Numbered from the stretch's first letter, positions 49,063 to 59,455 are shown. The stretch: DNA of 64,000 nt from Candidatus Woesebacteria bacterium RIFCSPHIGHO2_01_FULL_39_32 (GCA_001792345.1 MGGJ01000009.1:3711-67710); one strand, 5' to 3'. Notes: generated by a model not told the origin, from the sequence alone. Numbers and translations are program-made.

Positions 49063-50273
49063 TACAACCCACTTTCCAACCCTCCAACAATACTGTATAT
49101 CGGTGTAATTAGAAGAACTACCATAGCGCCTACCGCAACACCTATTATAAGCATAAGTAAAGGTTCGAGTAGAGCCGTGGCTCGTTTTAGTCCGTAATCA
49201 ACTTCCATTTCATAAAATGAAGCAAGTTCTTCAAGAACCACTTCCAAACTTCCCGTCTTTTCACCTGCTTTTATAGATTGAACCATAGTAATTGAAAATG
49301 AACGCTTCTTAGACGAAATTATATCTGAAAGTGATTCTCCTTTTGCTACTCCTTCACTAAATTCTTTGGCTTGCTTTCTCAAATGTGGCTGCTTTAATAC
49401 ATCAGAGCTTACATCCAGAGCAACCATGATTGGAACTCCACTTTTTAGTAAAGTTGAAAGTGTACGAGCAAAACGTGCTGTATCCAACTGATCCATTACT
49501 TTGGATATGACTGGAAGCTTTACCATATAAGAAAAAATAAAGGTTCGGCTTGCGCGTATTAGAAAAAGCAAAATTACAATAAAAATAATTGCAAAAAATA
49601 TTCCGAAAGTAAGTGCTAGGTTTGCTCCAACTGTCTTCCCAAAATTTAATACAAATTTAGTCACGGGAGGGATATCTGCGTTTAATGAAAGGAAAACGTC
49701 GGACATTTTCGGAAGGACAAATCCAAGCATGATAAATGCGTTAGCAATCATGGCACCAATAATAATTATCGGATACATCATCGAACTTTTAACTTTTTGG
49801 CTAAGCTCGTAACTCGTGAGGAGCTGTTTGGCAAGATAATCAAAAGACTTTTCAAGCGTACCAGATTCTTCTCCGGCTTTTACCATAGTTAGAAAAACCG
49901 CATCAAATTCCTTTTTGTAATTTGCAAGAACAGAAGATATAGTAGCACCTTTCTTGATATGAAATGATATATCAAAAAGAACCTCTTTAAGTTTTTTACT
50001 TTGGGTTTCCTGGCGGATGATATCCAAGGCCTCCGGGAGGGGAAGTCCTGCCCGAAGCATAGTTGCCATGAAGCGACAAAAAGCAGCTTTTTCTGCTATA
50101 GAAATGCCTCCTCCAAAGATATTAATGTCCTTTCTTCCAAGACCCTTTATTGAAAATATCTGATATTCGTCAGATTTTAAAAGTGACGCCGCCTCGCGTC
50201 TTGTCGCAGCCTGAATGACGTCCTCAATTATCTCTCCTTTTTTATTTTTAGCTTTGTACTTATAGAGTGGCAT
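49062..50273 (-). CDS. pilC: Type IV pilus platform protein PilC (GspF family)
   Basis: Two GspF repeats and three transmembrane segments. Confidence 0.8.
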   Translation of the reverse strand: MPLYKYKAKNKKGEIIEDVIQAATRREAASLLKSDEYQIFSIKGLGRKDINIFGGGISIAEKAAFCRFMATMLRAGLPLPEALDIIRQETQSKKLKEVLFDISFHIKKGATISSVLANYKKEFDAVFLTMVKAGEESGTLEKSFDYLAKQLLTSYELSQKVKSSMMYPIIIIGAMIANAFIMLGFVLPKMSDVFLSLNADIPPVTKFVLNFGKTVGANLALTFGIFFAIIFIVILLFLIRASRTFIFSYMVKLPVISKVMDQLDTARFARTLSTLLKSGVPIMVALDVSSDVLKQPHLRKQAKEFSEGVAKGESLSDIISSKKRSFSITMVQSIKAGEKTGSLEVVLEELASFYEMEVDYGLKRATALLEPLLMLIIGVAVGAMVVLLITPIYSIVGGLESGL

Positions 50274-50333
50274 ATATATTTCAGACTTTCTTTTAGGAAA
50301 CGTAAGTCTGGTAAAGAAAAAAACAAAAATTAC

Positions 50334-52022
50334 TTAGTTTTCTCGAACAACCCTTAATACTTCCTCAATTGTGGTCAACCCAGAAGAAACTTTATCGAGA
50401 CCATCCTGAAGCATTGTAACCATCCCCTCGGCAACTGCCTCTTTTTGGATTTCGTCGCTCGTTGCTTTTTGAGTAATTAAAATTCTTATTTTTTCTGTGA
50501 CGGCAAGAACCTCATATATTCCGATTCTCCCAGTATAACCCTTGTGGTTACATTGCTCGCAACCTTGGCCTCTATAGAATTTTTGTTCTCCAAGATCAAT
50601 TCCCAAGTCTTTGGAAAGCTTTTTTCGGACTACTTCCTCGGGAGAATATTTAACGATACAGTTAGAGCAAATTTTTCGAACCAGCCGCTGAGCAATAATT
50701 GCATTAACAGTTGAGGCCAGTAAAAAATCCTCTGCACCCATGTCCAAAAATCGCGGAATTGCACCTGCTGCTGTATTTGTATGAAGAGTTGACAAAACCA
50801 AATGTCCGGTGAGTGCGGAGTGTATCGCAATCTCAGCCGTTTCTTTGTCTCGTATCTCCCCTACCATAATAATATCAGGATCATGCCGCATAAGAGCCCG
50901 AAGTCCTGTAGAAAACTCCAATCCTGTTTTGGGATTTACCTGAAATTGTGTAACTCTACCTATCGCATATTCAATTGGGTCCTCAATGGTACAAATCTTT
51001 ACCTCTATGGTATTTAAAATATTCAATATTGAATACAATGTCGTTGTCTTTCCTGATCCCGTTGGACCTGTTACAAGAATCATTCCGTAAGGCCTTGTAA
51101 TATTTTCCCGAATAATTTCTAAGTTGTGACCGGTTAATCCCAGCTCCTCAAGAGACAGAGGTCTATTTGTTTCTTGCAAAAGTCGCATAACAACGTTTTC
51201 CCCATAAAACCCAGGAATTATTGAAATTCTTAGAGATATTACGTCGTCATCGAGTAGAAATTTATATCTACCATCCTGAGGAATTCTGTGTTCATCTATT
51301 TTTAAATTTGAAAGAATTTTTATTCTAGCTATAAGAGCCGTCTCTATCCCTCTCGGAAACTTAACAATATCCCTGAGCACCCCATCAATCCTAAATCGTA
51401 CTACAACTTCTCCTTCTTGTACTTCAATATGAATATCTGATGAACGCTCTGATATAGCGTATCCTAATATCGTGTCGAAAATTTTTACAATTGGGACCTT
51501 TTCGGCTGCTTTTGCAAGATCTTCTTCATCGCTCCCTGGGGCTACACGTTTTATATTTTCTGCTATTATTTTTTCAAAGTCCTCCTTTATTCCCTTTTTA
51601 TATTGCCCTAGTGCTTTGACTATATCGTCACGAGTAGAATAATAGCTTTCTATTTCGAGTCCGGTGTGGCGTTTTGCGAACTCCATTGCCTCGAAGTCTT
51701 CAGGGTTTTCCATAGCAAGCTTAAGTACACCTGCCTCTTTTTCAAAAGGAACAATCCTGTAGACTCGTGCCATTTTTTCGGGGATGAGGGAAAGAACCTC
51801 GGGGGGAATATTTAAGCGACGGACATTACCAAATGGAACATTAAAATGTTCAGCTATGAGCTTCCCGACAGTTTCTTCGTTAATTAAACCCCTAAAAATT
51901 AATACGTCAATGGGTTCTTTTGCAAGTTCAGTCGCGGTTTTCGCAGCTTGATCAAATTCTTTTTCGCTTACAAATCCACTTCCAACAATTATCTTTTTAA
52001 GTGTTTCTGTTGTTAACTGCAT
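50334..52022 (-). CDS. pilB: Type IV pilus assembly ATPase PilB (GspE family)
   Basis: Walker A (GPTGSGKTTTLY), Asp box, Walker B, His box and a tetracysteine motif (CSNC...CEQC). Confidence 0.85.
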   Translation of the reverse strand: MQLTTETLKKIIVGSGFVSEKEFDQAAKTATELAKEPIDVLIFRGLINEETVGKLIAEHFNVPFGNVRRLNIPPEVLSLIPEKMARVYRIVPFEKEAGVLKLAMENPEDFEAMEFAKRHTGLEIESYYSTRDDIVKALGQYKKGIKEDFEKIIAENIKRVAPGSDEEDLAKAAEKVPIVKIFDTILGYAISERSSDIHIEVQEGEVVVRFRIDGVLRDIVKFPRGIETALIARIKILSNLKIDEHRIPQDGRYKFLLDDDVISLRISIIPGFYGENVVMRLLQETNRPLSLEELGLTGHNLEIIRENITRPYGMILVTGPTGSGKTTTLYSILNILNTIEVKICTIEDPIEYAIGRVTQFQVNPKTGLEFSTGLRALMRHDPDIIMVGEIRDKETAEIAIHSALTGHLVLSTLHTNTAAGAIPRFLDMGAEDFLLASTVNAIIAQRLVRKICSNCIVKYSPEEVVRKKLSKDLGIDLGEQKFYRGQGCEQCNHKGYTGRIGIYEVLAVTEKIRILITQKATSDEIQKEAVAEGMVTMLQDGLDKVSSGLTTIEEVLRVVREN

Positions 52023-52107
52023 GGGCGGGGTTTGATAATTCCATTATATATGATAAGTGAGGCATAGAAAAAGAAGCTAACTTCACACCTCAAAAGAATT
52101 AGGTAAA

Positions 52108-52803
52108 CTACTTCTTTATCTTTTGATACCAATCGGTTAGTGCTTTCGAAACCAAATCTTTTGCTCCAAGACCAACTGATAGCCCCACAATTAGAACAAT
52201 TGTATAGGTCAAACCTTGGAAAAAAGTCGCAATGAGACCCTGGGCAATTTGCAGTTGATCAACAGCCGCAAAAAATGTAACCAAAATTACAAGGAAGCGG
52301 GATAGTTTTGAAACCGGTTTTGCGACTTCATGATCTACTGAAGTCAGTGCGCCGCGAACAAGGGTTTCCACAAGTCTTGCAACATAGTATCCTGCCCCGA
52401 ATATTAAAGCAGCGGCTAAAATATTGGGAATATAGGATAGAACTTGGGTAAGCACAACCGAAACGCTAGATAGTCCCAGAATGTCTGTAGCAGCCAGGAA
52501 AAAAACCAGTATTATAAGCCATTGAGCAAATACTCCTAGGATTTCGGCTAGATTTAACTTAACATCAGCTTTTTTCAAAAATTGTTCAATTCCTAAAGAG
52601 CCTGAAAGTTTTTCGATTCTTAAAACTCCCAAAACTTCCATTATTAATCGTTTTACCCAATAGGCTAGAATTAGTCCAATTGCAAAAACTACAACAGCCC
52701 CCAATACTGCCGGCAGGATAGTCAAAAATGAAGTCCAAACCTGGTCCCAGGCAGATATTAGTGCTTCTTGCCAAACATTTACTCCTCTCATTAATTTACT
52801 CAC
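52108..52803 (-). CDS. Membrane protein with conserved transmembrane-helix repeats
   Basis: Several hydrophobic helices. Repeated LIIL/LVIL-type helix segments. Confidence 0.4.
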   Translation of the reverse strand: MSKLMRGVNVWQEALISAWDQVWTSFLTILPAVLGAVVVFAIGLILAYWVKRLIMEVLGVLRIEKLSGSLGIEQFLKKADVKLNLAEILGVFAQWLIILVFFLAATDILGLSSVSVVLTQVLSYIPNILAAALIFGAGYYVARLVETLVRGALTSVDHEVAKPVSKLSRFLVILVTFFAAVDQLQIAQGLIATFFQGLTYTIVLIVGLSVGLGAKDLVSKALTDWYQKIKK

Positions 52804-52880
52804 CCCCCTCCAATCTAAAGTTATTTTTGCTTATTTTTCACGAAATTGCAAGACTATAAGGTAAAAGGGGGTTAAATCAA

Positions 52881-52908
52881 AAAATCCACCCATTGGTGGA
52901 TTTTTTAG
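52881..52908 (-). terminator. Symmetric hairpin terminator (AAAAAAUCCACC-cauu-GGUGGAUUUUUU) at the 3' end of rnpB
   Basis: Perfect 8-bp GC-containing stem flanked by A and T runs on both sides. Confidence 0.6.
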
Positions 52909-53212
52909 TCTCTGGAGGCTAGTAAGCCAGGTTCTGTTTCTCGACGGTAATCTGTCTAGTGCCCTTCATTGGAACTTGGGAAGGCATCCTTAAAACGTCC
53001 CGGTCGAAGGTTGCAGCGGAGGGGATTGCCCTTTTCACTCGTGTTCTTTTACCTTTAGGGTAAAAGAGTCGACATAGTCTCTGTTGCTCTAACCAGCCCT
53101 TTCGGGTCACGGCTTACGCCGCGTCTCCTGCCTTCTGCTGCCTGGACTTTCCTGACCATTAGATAGCGAGTATTCGCTTTATCTCACAGCCTAACCGTCC
53201 TTCCTCCAGAGC
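52908..53212 (-). ncRNA. rnpB: RNase P RNA (bacterial type, reduced size, about 300 nt)
   Basis: On the minus strand: the 5' P4 strand CAGGAAAGUCCAGGC (plus-strand 53144-53152 region); the conserved GUGAAAAGGGCAAUCCCCUCCGC module; and the 3' motif ACAGAACCUGGCUUAC (52923-52937). The CCAG/CUGG pair is a compensatory covariation against the E. coli P4 pairing CCGG/CCGG. P1 pairing is GGAGG/CCUCC. The region has higher GC than its flanks. Confidence 0.8.
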
Positions 53213-53272
53213 AACGATATTATATCAAAATGAGGTCAATTTCTCAAGTTTACGGTACAATGAATAATCAAA

Positions 53273-54505
53273 ATGGAAGTGAAAAAAATCGATTTTTTTA
53301 AATCCTTTTTACTAGTGGGATTAGTTATCTTGCCTCTTTTTTACTGGCCGTCGGCTCCGATTCCATATGAGCTTCCTAAAGTCTACTTTGTAGATAGATG
53401 GATAGAAATGCTAGTGGTATTAGGGGTTGTAACAAATTTAAATCGTCTACAAAAAGAAAAATTGGACATGCTACTTATTATACTTGTCGGAAGCTTTCTA
53501 ATTATTGCAGCAACGTCTTCGTATCTTGGAGTTAATTTTCAAAAAAGCATCTTCGGTAATCATTACAGAAGTGACGGATTAATAACGCTAAGTCACCTTG
53601 TAGGACTTTTCTTAACTGTATTAGTTTTTGTAAAAAAGGATTGGATTAAAGACATCGCTTTCTCAATTTCACTGGGTGCGTTTTTGGTAAGCATTTGGGC
53701 TTTATTTGATTCATTTAAACTTTATGTATTGAATGTCATTTCGGTTCCTAATTGGGACGGAGCAATAGGAGTAAGTTTTGGTAATCCTAATTTCCTTGCA
53801 GGCTATCTGGTTGTAACTCTTCCTTTTACAGCATATGTCATAAATTATTTTGAAAGACCGAAAAAACTTTTATATTTTGTGTTCATTACTCAAATTGTAG
53901 CGATTTTAGCCACCCGTGCATTGGCGGGAATCTTGGGTGTTTTAGTGTTTTTTTTCTTACTTTTGTTCTTTCAAAAAACGAGGTATCACAAGATTTTTTT
54001 GTCTCTCACTATGGTACTCCTTTCAATGGTGTCATTTGTATTCATCTCCCAGATTAAAGACCAAAGAATTGATCGGCTTTTTGCAGCAGAAGGTCGTGAG
54101 AGGATTATCCGAAAAGGTCTTTTGGCATTTGAGAAACGTCCTATTTTGGGATGGGGTTGGGCGAACTTCGACTATGCTTTTGACTCTGTAGTTTGGCCTG
54201 TCAGACTAGATCACGATGTTTATGTCGATAAAGCGCATTCCCTTTTTCTTGAAATATTAGTTAGCACCGGAATTATCGGTTTTATATTTTATAGTGCAAC
54301 TATCTTTAGATCTTTTACAAATCTGCTTAAGATGAAAGATTTTCAAAATCCTCTAATTTATGTTTTAATTCTTTTTATTGTTCACTCGCAAACAAATATT
54401 ATATCAATCGGTGAAGAGATAATATTTTGGACTGTGTTAGGAATTTCAGCGAAGAAATTTAAAAATAGTTATTTACCTAACTTATCAACCGAGAAGTACT
54501 CATGA
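53273..54505 (+). CDS. O-antigen ligase/Wzy-like polytopic membrane protein (possible pilin or surface glycosylation ligase)
   Basis: About ten transmembrane segments with a large loop. Sits next to the pilus locus. Confidence 0.45.
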   Translation: MEVKKIDFFKSFLLVGLVILPLFYWPSAPIPYELPKVYFVDRWIEMLVVLGVVTNLNRLQKEKLDMLLIILVGSFLIIAATSSYLGVNFQKSIFGNHYRSDGLITLSHLVGLFLTVLVFVKKDWIKDIAFSISLGAFLVSIWALFDSFKLYVLNVISVPNWDGAIGVSFGNPNFLAGYLVVTLPFTAYVINYFERPKKLLYFVFITQIVAILATRALAGILGVLVFFFLLLFFQKTRYHKIFLSLTMVLLSMVSFVFISQIKDQRIDRLFAAEGRERIIRKGLLAFEKRPILGWGWANFDYAFDSVVWPVRLDHDVYVDKAHSLFLEILVSTGIIGFIFYSATIFRSFTNLLKMKDFQNPLIYVLILFIVHSQTNIISIGEEIIFWTVLGISAKKFKNSYLPNLSTEKYS

Positions 54506-55461
54506 AGGATTACTCTCAAGGTAATTAGTACTGGTACCGAAAGCATGGCTCCCACTATTCCTCCTAATCTAAAACCAATTAAAAGAGCCAAAAGAGTCAC
54601 AACCGGACTTATCCCGACCGATTTTTCCATTATCTTTGGAACAAAAAAATAGTTCTCCACTTGTTGAACCAAAAATGATAATGCTAAAACTGCAAGTCCA
54701 GTTATAGGCGATATCCCAAAACCAACTACTATAGCGGGAATCGCAGCTACTACAGGACCTATATTTGGAATTACTTCTAAAAATCCTGATAGAACCGCAA
54801 GTGGCACCGCATATGGTATCCTCAACAACCTTAAACCCACGTAAGTAGAAATTCCCACCAAAAACATCAACGCTAGTTGTCCTCTTGTCCACCCACCCAA
54901 CTCTATCTCCAGTCGATCTAATATCGTCTCAACTCGCTTTGCTTGATTGGAGGCTAGGATAATTCGAAGTTGATCGGCCAACTTTTCTCTGGCAATAGAA
55001 AAATATAAAGATATGATTAGAACAGCAAAAACGGTCAAAATATTAGAAAAAATCGAAACTCCGATTTTTAATATCTGAGATGAGATACTTCCAATTTCGG
55101 AAGTAATTTCGGTAGTGATCTGTTCAATTAGATACTCAGGTATCTGCAATCTCTCAAGAAATATGGGAAAGTTAGTAGCAAAATTTCTACTTTGTTCAAC
55201 TAGCGGACTTATCACAGTCCCTATAGAAAAAATCAATAATGCCGCACCAGTAAGATATACAATTATTACAGACATACCTCTTGGGATTTTCAGACGACTC
55301 AGTTTTTTTACGGCCGGATTTAAAATTGTTGCTATAAGAATAGAAATAAAGAATAAAAGTATAATATCTAAGATCGAATATAAAAACCAAAGAAATATTA
55401 AGAAAAATACCGTAAATATTATTGTTTTATGGGAGATTTCAATTTTTCTTGGCATTGCCAT
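54469..55461 (-). CDS. AI-2E family transporter (PerM/UPF0118)
   Basis: Eight-transmembrane topology with charged central loops. Confidence 0.6.
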   Translation of the reverse strand: MAMPRKIEISHKTIIFTVFFLIFLWFLYSILDIILLFFISILIATILNPAVKKLSRLKIPRGMSVIIVYLTGAALLIFSIGTVISPLVEQSRNFATNFPIFLERLQIPEYLIEQITTEITSEIGSISSQILKIGVSIFSNILTVFAVLIISLYFSIAREKLADQLRIILASNQAKRVETILDRLEIELGGWTRGQLALMFLVGISTYVGLRLLRIPYAVPLAVLSGFLEVIPNIGPVVAAIPAIVVGFGISPITGLAVLALSFLVQQVENYFFVPKIMEKSVGISPVVTLLALLIGFRLGGIVGAMLSVPVLITLRVILHEYFSVDKLGK

Positions 55462-56419
55462 TATAGTACCAACTTCTTACCAACTTTTCCACGTCCTTCT
55501 GCAAATGGCTCTTATCAAAATCAAACCATTTAATTCTTTTATCCTTCTTAAACCATGTGATCTGTCTCTTCGCATAATTTTTCTCTGATAGAAACCACCG
55601 CTTCATAGCTTCATTTTTGCTTTCTTTCTCCAGAATATAAGACTTCAACTGTCTATAACCAAGCGAGCCCATCGACTGATGCTCCCAGGAAATTCCCTTC
55701 AAAAGTAATTTCATTATCTCCTCTTCTATTCCCTCTTGTAATCTTTTTTCTATTCTTCTTGAGATTACCGAATTAAAACTCTCTCTGGGCATAGTTAAAC
55801 CAATCATTAATATATCTCGTTTCTCTTTATACTTTTCTATTTGCTTTTTTCTCTTATGCAATACTCTCCAAAGTGCTACTTCTATCGCGCGAATAAGCCT
55901 TCTGGGATTTTTTCTGTCCGAGATATTAAGAGATGCGGCCCGAGTAGAGTCGAGCTGAGCCAAATTTTCAAAAAGGTCATCTACATTTTTACCCTCTAAT
56001 CTTTTTCTTATCTTTGAGTTTTTTGGGATTATAGCGGTGGGAATTCCATCTACTATACTTTTAATGTAAAGTCCTGTTCCTCCAACAAGAATTGGTAATT
56101 TTCCTCTTTTTTCTATGTCAAAAATAATTTTTTTAGCGATTTCAACATACTTTGATACGCTAAATTCCTCCTTTGGTGAGACCAAATCATATCCCCATAT
56201 TCGTATGTGGTTTTTGGTTTCCCAAAAACCAATTGGAAATTTCGCAAGGTGCCACTTGGAACCTTGCGGTAAGTCTTTGCCTGTCCCTATATCCATATTT
56301 TTATAAACCTGTCTAGAATCAGCAGAGACGATCTCTCCGTTAAATTTCTTGGCCAATAAAAGTGCCAAAGACGTCTTTCCTGTAGCCGTAGGTCCGCAAA
56401 TGACTAGAAGCTTTTTCAT
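55439..56419 (-). CDS. miaA: tRNA dimethylallyltransferase
   Basis: P-loop (ICGPTATGKTSLA) and SADSRQVYKNMDIGTGK. The likely start is MKKLLVICG at 56419; the track start at 56497 is over-extended. Confidence 0.85.
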   Translation of the reverse strand: MKKLLVICGPTATGKTSLALLLAKKFNGEIVSADSRQVYKNMDIGTGKDLPQGSKWHLAKFPIGFWETKNHIRIWGYDLVSPKEEFSVSKYVEIAKKIIFDIEKRGKLPILVGGTGLYIKSIVDGIPTAIIPKNSKIRKRLEGKNVDDLFENLAQLDSTRAASLNISDRKNPRRLIRAIEVALWRVLHKRKKQIEKYKEKRDILMIGLTMPRESFNSVISRRIEKRLQEGIEEEIMKLLLKGISWEHQSMGSLGYRQLKSYILEKESKNEAMKRWFLSEKNYAKRQITWFKKDKRIKWFDFDKSHLQKDVEKLVRSWYYNGNAKKN

Positions 56420-56420
56420 T

Positions 56421-57215
56421 TTAGGAAGAAGCACTCGTATATTTTTTAAGCGCAAAATTCCAAAATCGAAGTGCGACAAACATAAATACTCCTCCAATTA
56501 CTATCGCCGAAAGTAATCCTTGAAAGTTTACAAGTCCCATAAAAGCTTTTGCAGGAAACGTCATCATTATGGCAACGGGGATGAAATAAGTTAAAATTCC
56601 TTTCAAAGGCTCCTTATAGATATCAATAGGAAATCTTCCCATTGCCGTAATATCTCGATAAATCATTATTGAATGATCAACCTCCAAAGTGATTATTCCG
56701 AAAGAAATTACTATTATATGAAATGCCGTTGTTATCAAAAGTCCTGTCAAAAGCAATAGAAGATAAATAAAAACTTGAAAAGGTGTTGGTGAAAGTAAAT
56801 TCCCAACATAACTTGTTGCAGCATAAAGAGGCGGAAGAGTAATTAAGTCAATTACATCCGCTCCTCCCATTAAAACTCTAAATAAAGCGCTCATTGGCTT
56901 TGCCAAAATAAGGTCAAAGTCTCCTGTTACAACATATGTGCGAAACCTATAAACTTCCCTGAAAAAAAATTGAGACGTTGTATCAATAATCATAAATGAT
57001 AAGAAGAAAAAAATTGATTGAGTCGAATTATAACCCGCAAGATTTTCTGCCCCACTGACCAAAAAGAATAAAAAGGCAATAAAGAATAAAAATCGCAGAA
57101 CTTTACCAATTAAAAAAATTAACAGCACACTTTTTTGATTAAGAACCATTAGAAAAGAATTCTTACTCATAAAAAGCCAAATTTTAAAATAGTAAAATAA
57201 TCTTCTAACGTCCAT
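56421..57215 (-). CDS. ABC-2 family transporter permease
   Basis: Six transmembrane segments. Operon with a second permease and an ATPase. Confidence 0.65.
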   Translation of the reverse strand: MDVRRLFYYFKIWLFMSKNSFLMVLNQKSVLLIFLIGKVLRFLFFIAFLFFLVSGAENLAGYNSTQSIFFFLSFMIIDTTSQFFFREVYRFRTYVVTGDFDLILAKPMSALFRVLMGGADVIDLITLPPLYAATSYVGNLLSPTPFQVFIYLLLLLTGLLITTAFHIIVISFGIITLEVDHSIMIYRDITAMGRFPIDIYKEPLKGILTYFIPVAIMMTFPAKAFMGLVNFQGLLSAIVIGGVFMFVALRFWNFALKKYTSASS

Positions 57216-58008
57216 ATGCCTGGTAGGCTTTAAAACCTTTACTCCAAACCCAGTTCATGAAAAACCATAAAACAATAATCCAAAAAATAGCGACTACAAT
57301 TCCTTTGAAAAGTAAAATCCCTGTAACTTTCCCTAGATAAACTTGTAGTGGAAAGAAAATTATATATGGAAAAGGTGTAAAACTTAAAACATTTTGTATG
57401 TTAACGGGAAGTATATCCAAAGGAAATAGAGATCCTGAAAGAAACTCGACTAATATCACCGTAACCAAAAAATGCCCTCCCCAACCCATTTCGGGTGCCC
57501 AAAAAGGAATCGCATTTACAATAAATAAAAGTAAAAAATATGTAAGGATTGCCAAACCTATACTTATTAAAAATAAGGTTATTTGAACTGGATTAGTTTG
57601 GAAATAAAAGGGTGGCTTTAATATTAAATACAGCAGGATAAACTCCCCAACTGCAAAAATTAAATTCAAGGTCTTACTCGATATATCTCTTGTCAACCAA
57701 TATTTGAAATAATTCACAGGTTTGAGTAAGTAATTTATGATCTCTCCTCTAGCAATTTCTCCCGCAACATCCTGCGCTCTTGCCGATAAAACAAAAGCTT
57801 TAATAAATATTAAACCAAAAACATAGGTTAGGATTCTATCTCTGTCGTATCCGAAAAGTACACTTTCCCGAAAAGAAAAAACAGTATCCCACAAAAAAAA
57901 TACAACAAAAATTTGTAAGACATTTCTCACTCTCCACATTACAAAGCTCAGTGGATAAGCGAATTCTTGTTGGAAAGAAATCTTAAAAACTTGGAGATAT
58001 TTATTCAT
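57205..58008 (-). CDS. ABC-2 family transporter permease
   Basis: Six transmembrane segments. Overlaps its neighbours. Confidence 0.65.
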   Translation of the reverse strand: MNKYLQVFKISFQQEFAYPLSFVMWRVRNVLQIFVVFFLWDTVFSFRESVLFGYDRDRILTYVFGLIFIKAFVLSARAQDVAGEIARGEIINYLLKPVNYFKYWLTRDISSKTLNLIFAVGEFILLYLILKPPFYFQTNPVQITLFLISIGLAILTYFLLLFIVNAIPFWAPEMGWGGHFLVTVILVEFLSGSLFPLDILPVNIQNVLSFTPFPYIIFFPLQVYLGKVTGILLFKGIVVAIFWIIVLWFFMNWVWSKGFKAYQAYGR

Positions 58009-59039
58009 GACTTTTTCTTAACAGTCTCACCTTTAAAGACACGACGGATAATGTCTTCAATGGGCTCTTCTTCGATTGTCAGATCAGCAACAGGAAAGTT
58101 TTGAAGTAGTTCGGAAGCAGCAACAGCTGATGCTTCACGAGGAACTCTGATGATTGCCTGCGGATAATCATATTTTTTTACTTTTCCAATCTCTGAGAAT
58201 TTTTTAATGTCCGCCGGTTTGTCAAGATAAACTTTAATGATCTTTTCTCTAGCAAATTGCCCAACCAGTTCCTTCAAATCTCCATCAAAAAGTATTTCAC
58301 CTTTATAAACAACGATTACACGTTTTGCTAAGTCAATAAGATCATCCATATTATGGGAGGTTAACATTATTGTGGCTTTAAAGCGGCGGTTGTAATCAAA
58401 AATAAAATCACGTACTTTCTGTTGAGCGACAACGTCCAAACCAATTGTCGGCTCATCAAGAAATAATACCTTTGGTTTGTGAAGTAGGGCTGCGACCAAT
58501 TCAAGTCTCATTCGCTGACCCAGAGAAAGCCTTCTAACTTGAGTATTAAGTAATTTTTTTACCTCAAGAATTGTTGTCAATTCCTCAAGATTCTCTTTAA
58601 ATTTGTTATCGGGTATCTCATAAATTGCCTTATTTAATTCGAATGTGTCTATTGCCGGAAGATCCCACCAAAGCTGATTCTTTTGTCCCATAACCAAAGA
58701 AATTTGTTTTAAAAATTCAGGGCGTCTCACCCAAGGATCAAAACCCAAGACTTGAACAAAGCCGGAAGACGGATAAAGAAGTCCTGAAAGAATTTTTAAA
58801 GTTGTTGTTTTACCCGCACCATTTGGACCGATAAAACCAATCAGTTCTCCTTGTGAAATAGAAAATGAAATAGATTTGAGTGCACGAACAGTCTTTTTAG
58901 TGGGCACAATCAGAGTTTGCAGACTTCCAATTAAACCTGATTTTTTCTCCGTAATTTCAAAGTTTTTTGCTAAACGCTCAACAATTATGGCTTTTTCAAA
59001 TTCTTCCCTTTCAGACTTACCCATAAGTGAATTATACAA
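58005..59039 (-). CDS. ABC transporter ATP-binding protein
   Basis: Walker A (GPNGAGKTT), ABC signature (LSLGQRMRL) and Walker B (LFLDEPT). Confidence 0.85.
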   Translation of the reverse strand: MYNSLMGKSEREEFEKAIIVERLAKNFEITEKKSGLIGSLQTLIVPTKKTVRALKSISFSISQGELIGFIGPNGAGKTTTLKILSGLLYPSSGFVQVLGFDPWVRRPEFLKQISLVMGQKNQLWWDLPAIDTFELNKAIYEIPDNKFKENLEELTTILEVKKLLNTQVRRLSLGQRMRLELVAALLHKPKVLFLDEPTIGLDVVAQQKVRDFIFDYNRRFKATIMLTSHNMDDLIDLAKRVIVVYKGEILFDGDLKELVGQFAREKIIKVYLDKPADIKKFSEIGKVKKYDYPQAIIRVPREASAVAASELLQNFPVADLTIEEEPIEDIIRRVFKGETVKKKS

Positions 59040-59057
59040 TGAAGAGACTCGTTGGAG

Positions 59058-59348
59058 TTAGCGAGTGACCTGTCTTTTTAATCTCTTACCTGGGGTGAAA
59101 CGAGGAGAAAGATGAGGCTTTATGGTAACCATTTTATCAGTCTCCGGAATCTTGACAGTTTTTCCTTTCATCCTAATTACTCTAAATGTTCCAAATCCGG
59201 AAAGAACTACTTTTGTATCTACTCCCTTTGCTAGAAACCTGCCTATCTCGTTTAAAAATACATCAACTGCTTCAGACCCTGCTCTTTTAGTTAAATGCGC
59301 CTTTCGGGAAACTACATCGACTAATTCTCTTTTTGTGATTTTCGCCAT
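59058..59348 (-). CDS. hup: HU-family DNA-binding protein
   Basis: GFGTFRV arm motif and basic C-terminal arm. Confidence 0.75.
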   Translation of the reverse strand: MAKITKRELVDVVSRKAHLTKRAGSEAVDVFLNEIGRFLAKGVDTKVVLSGFGTFRVIRMKGKTVKIPETDKMVTIKPHLSPRFTPGKRLKRQVTR

Positions 59349-59364
59349 ATTTTAAATGTAGAAA

Positions 59365-59394
59365 AAGGATACCCTAACGTATAAATTATGTCAA
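59365..59394 (-). promoter_or_regulatory. Sigma70-like promoter of hup
   Basis: On the minus strand: TTGACA (59394-59389), a 18-nt spacer, then TATCCT (59370-59365). About 17 nt upstream of the ATG. Confidence 0.4.
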
Positions 59395-59455
59395 GCAGGT
59401 GGTGTTTTCCGCAGCTTACCCGACACCGTCTTTTTTACATAACTTCCTTTTACTT

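Noticed and set aside
52919-53110. 63-aa minus-strand ORF
   Set aside because: It lies entirely inside the RNase P RNA gene. The region shows rnpB conserved motifs and covariation, not coding signal.
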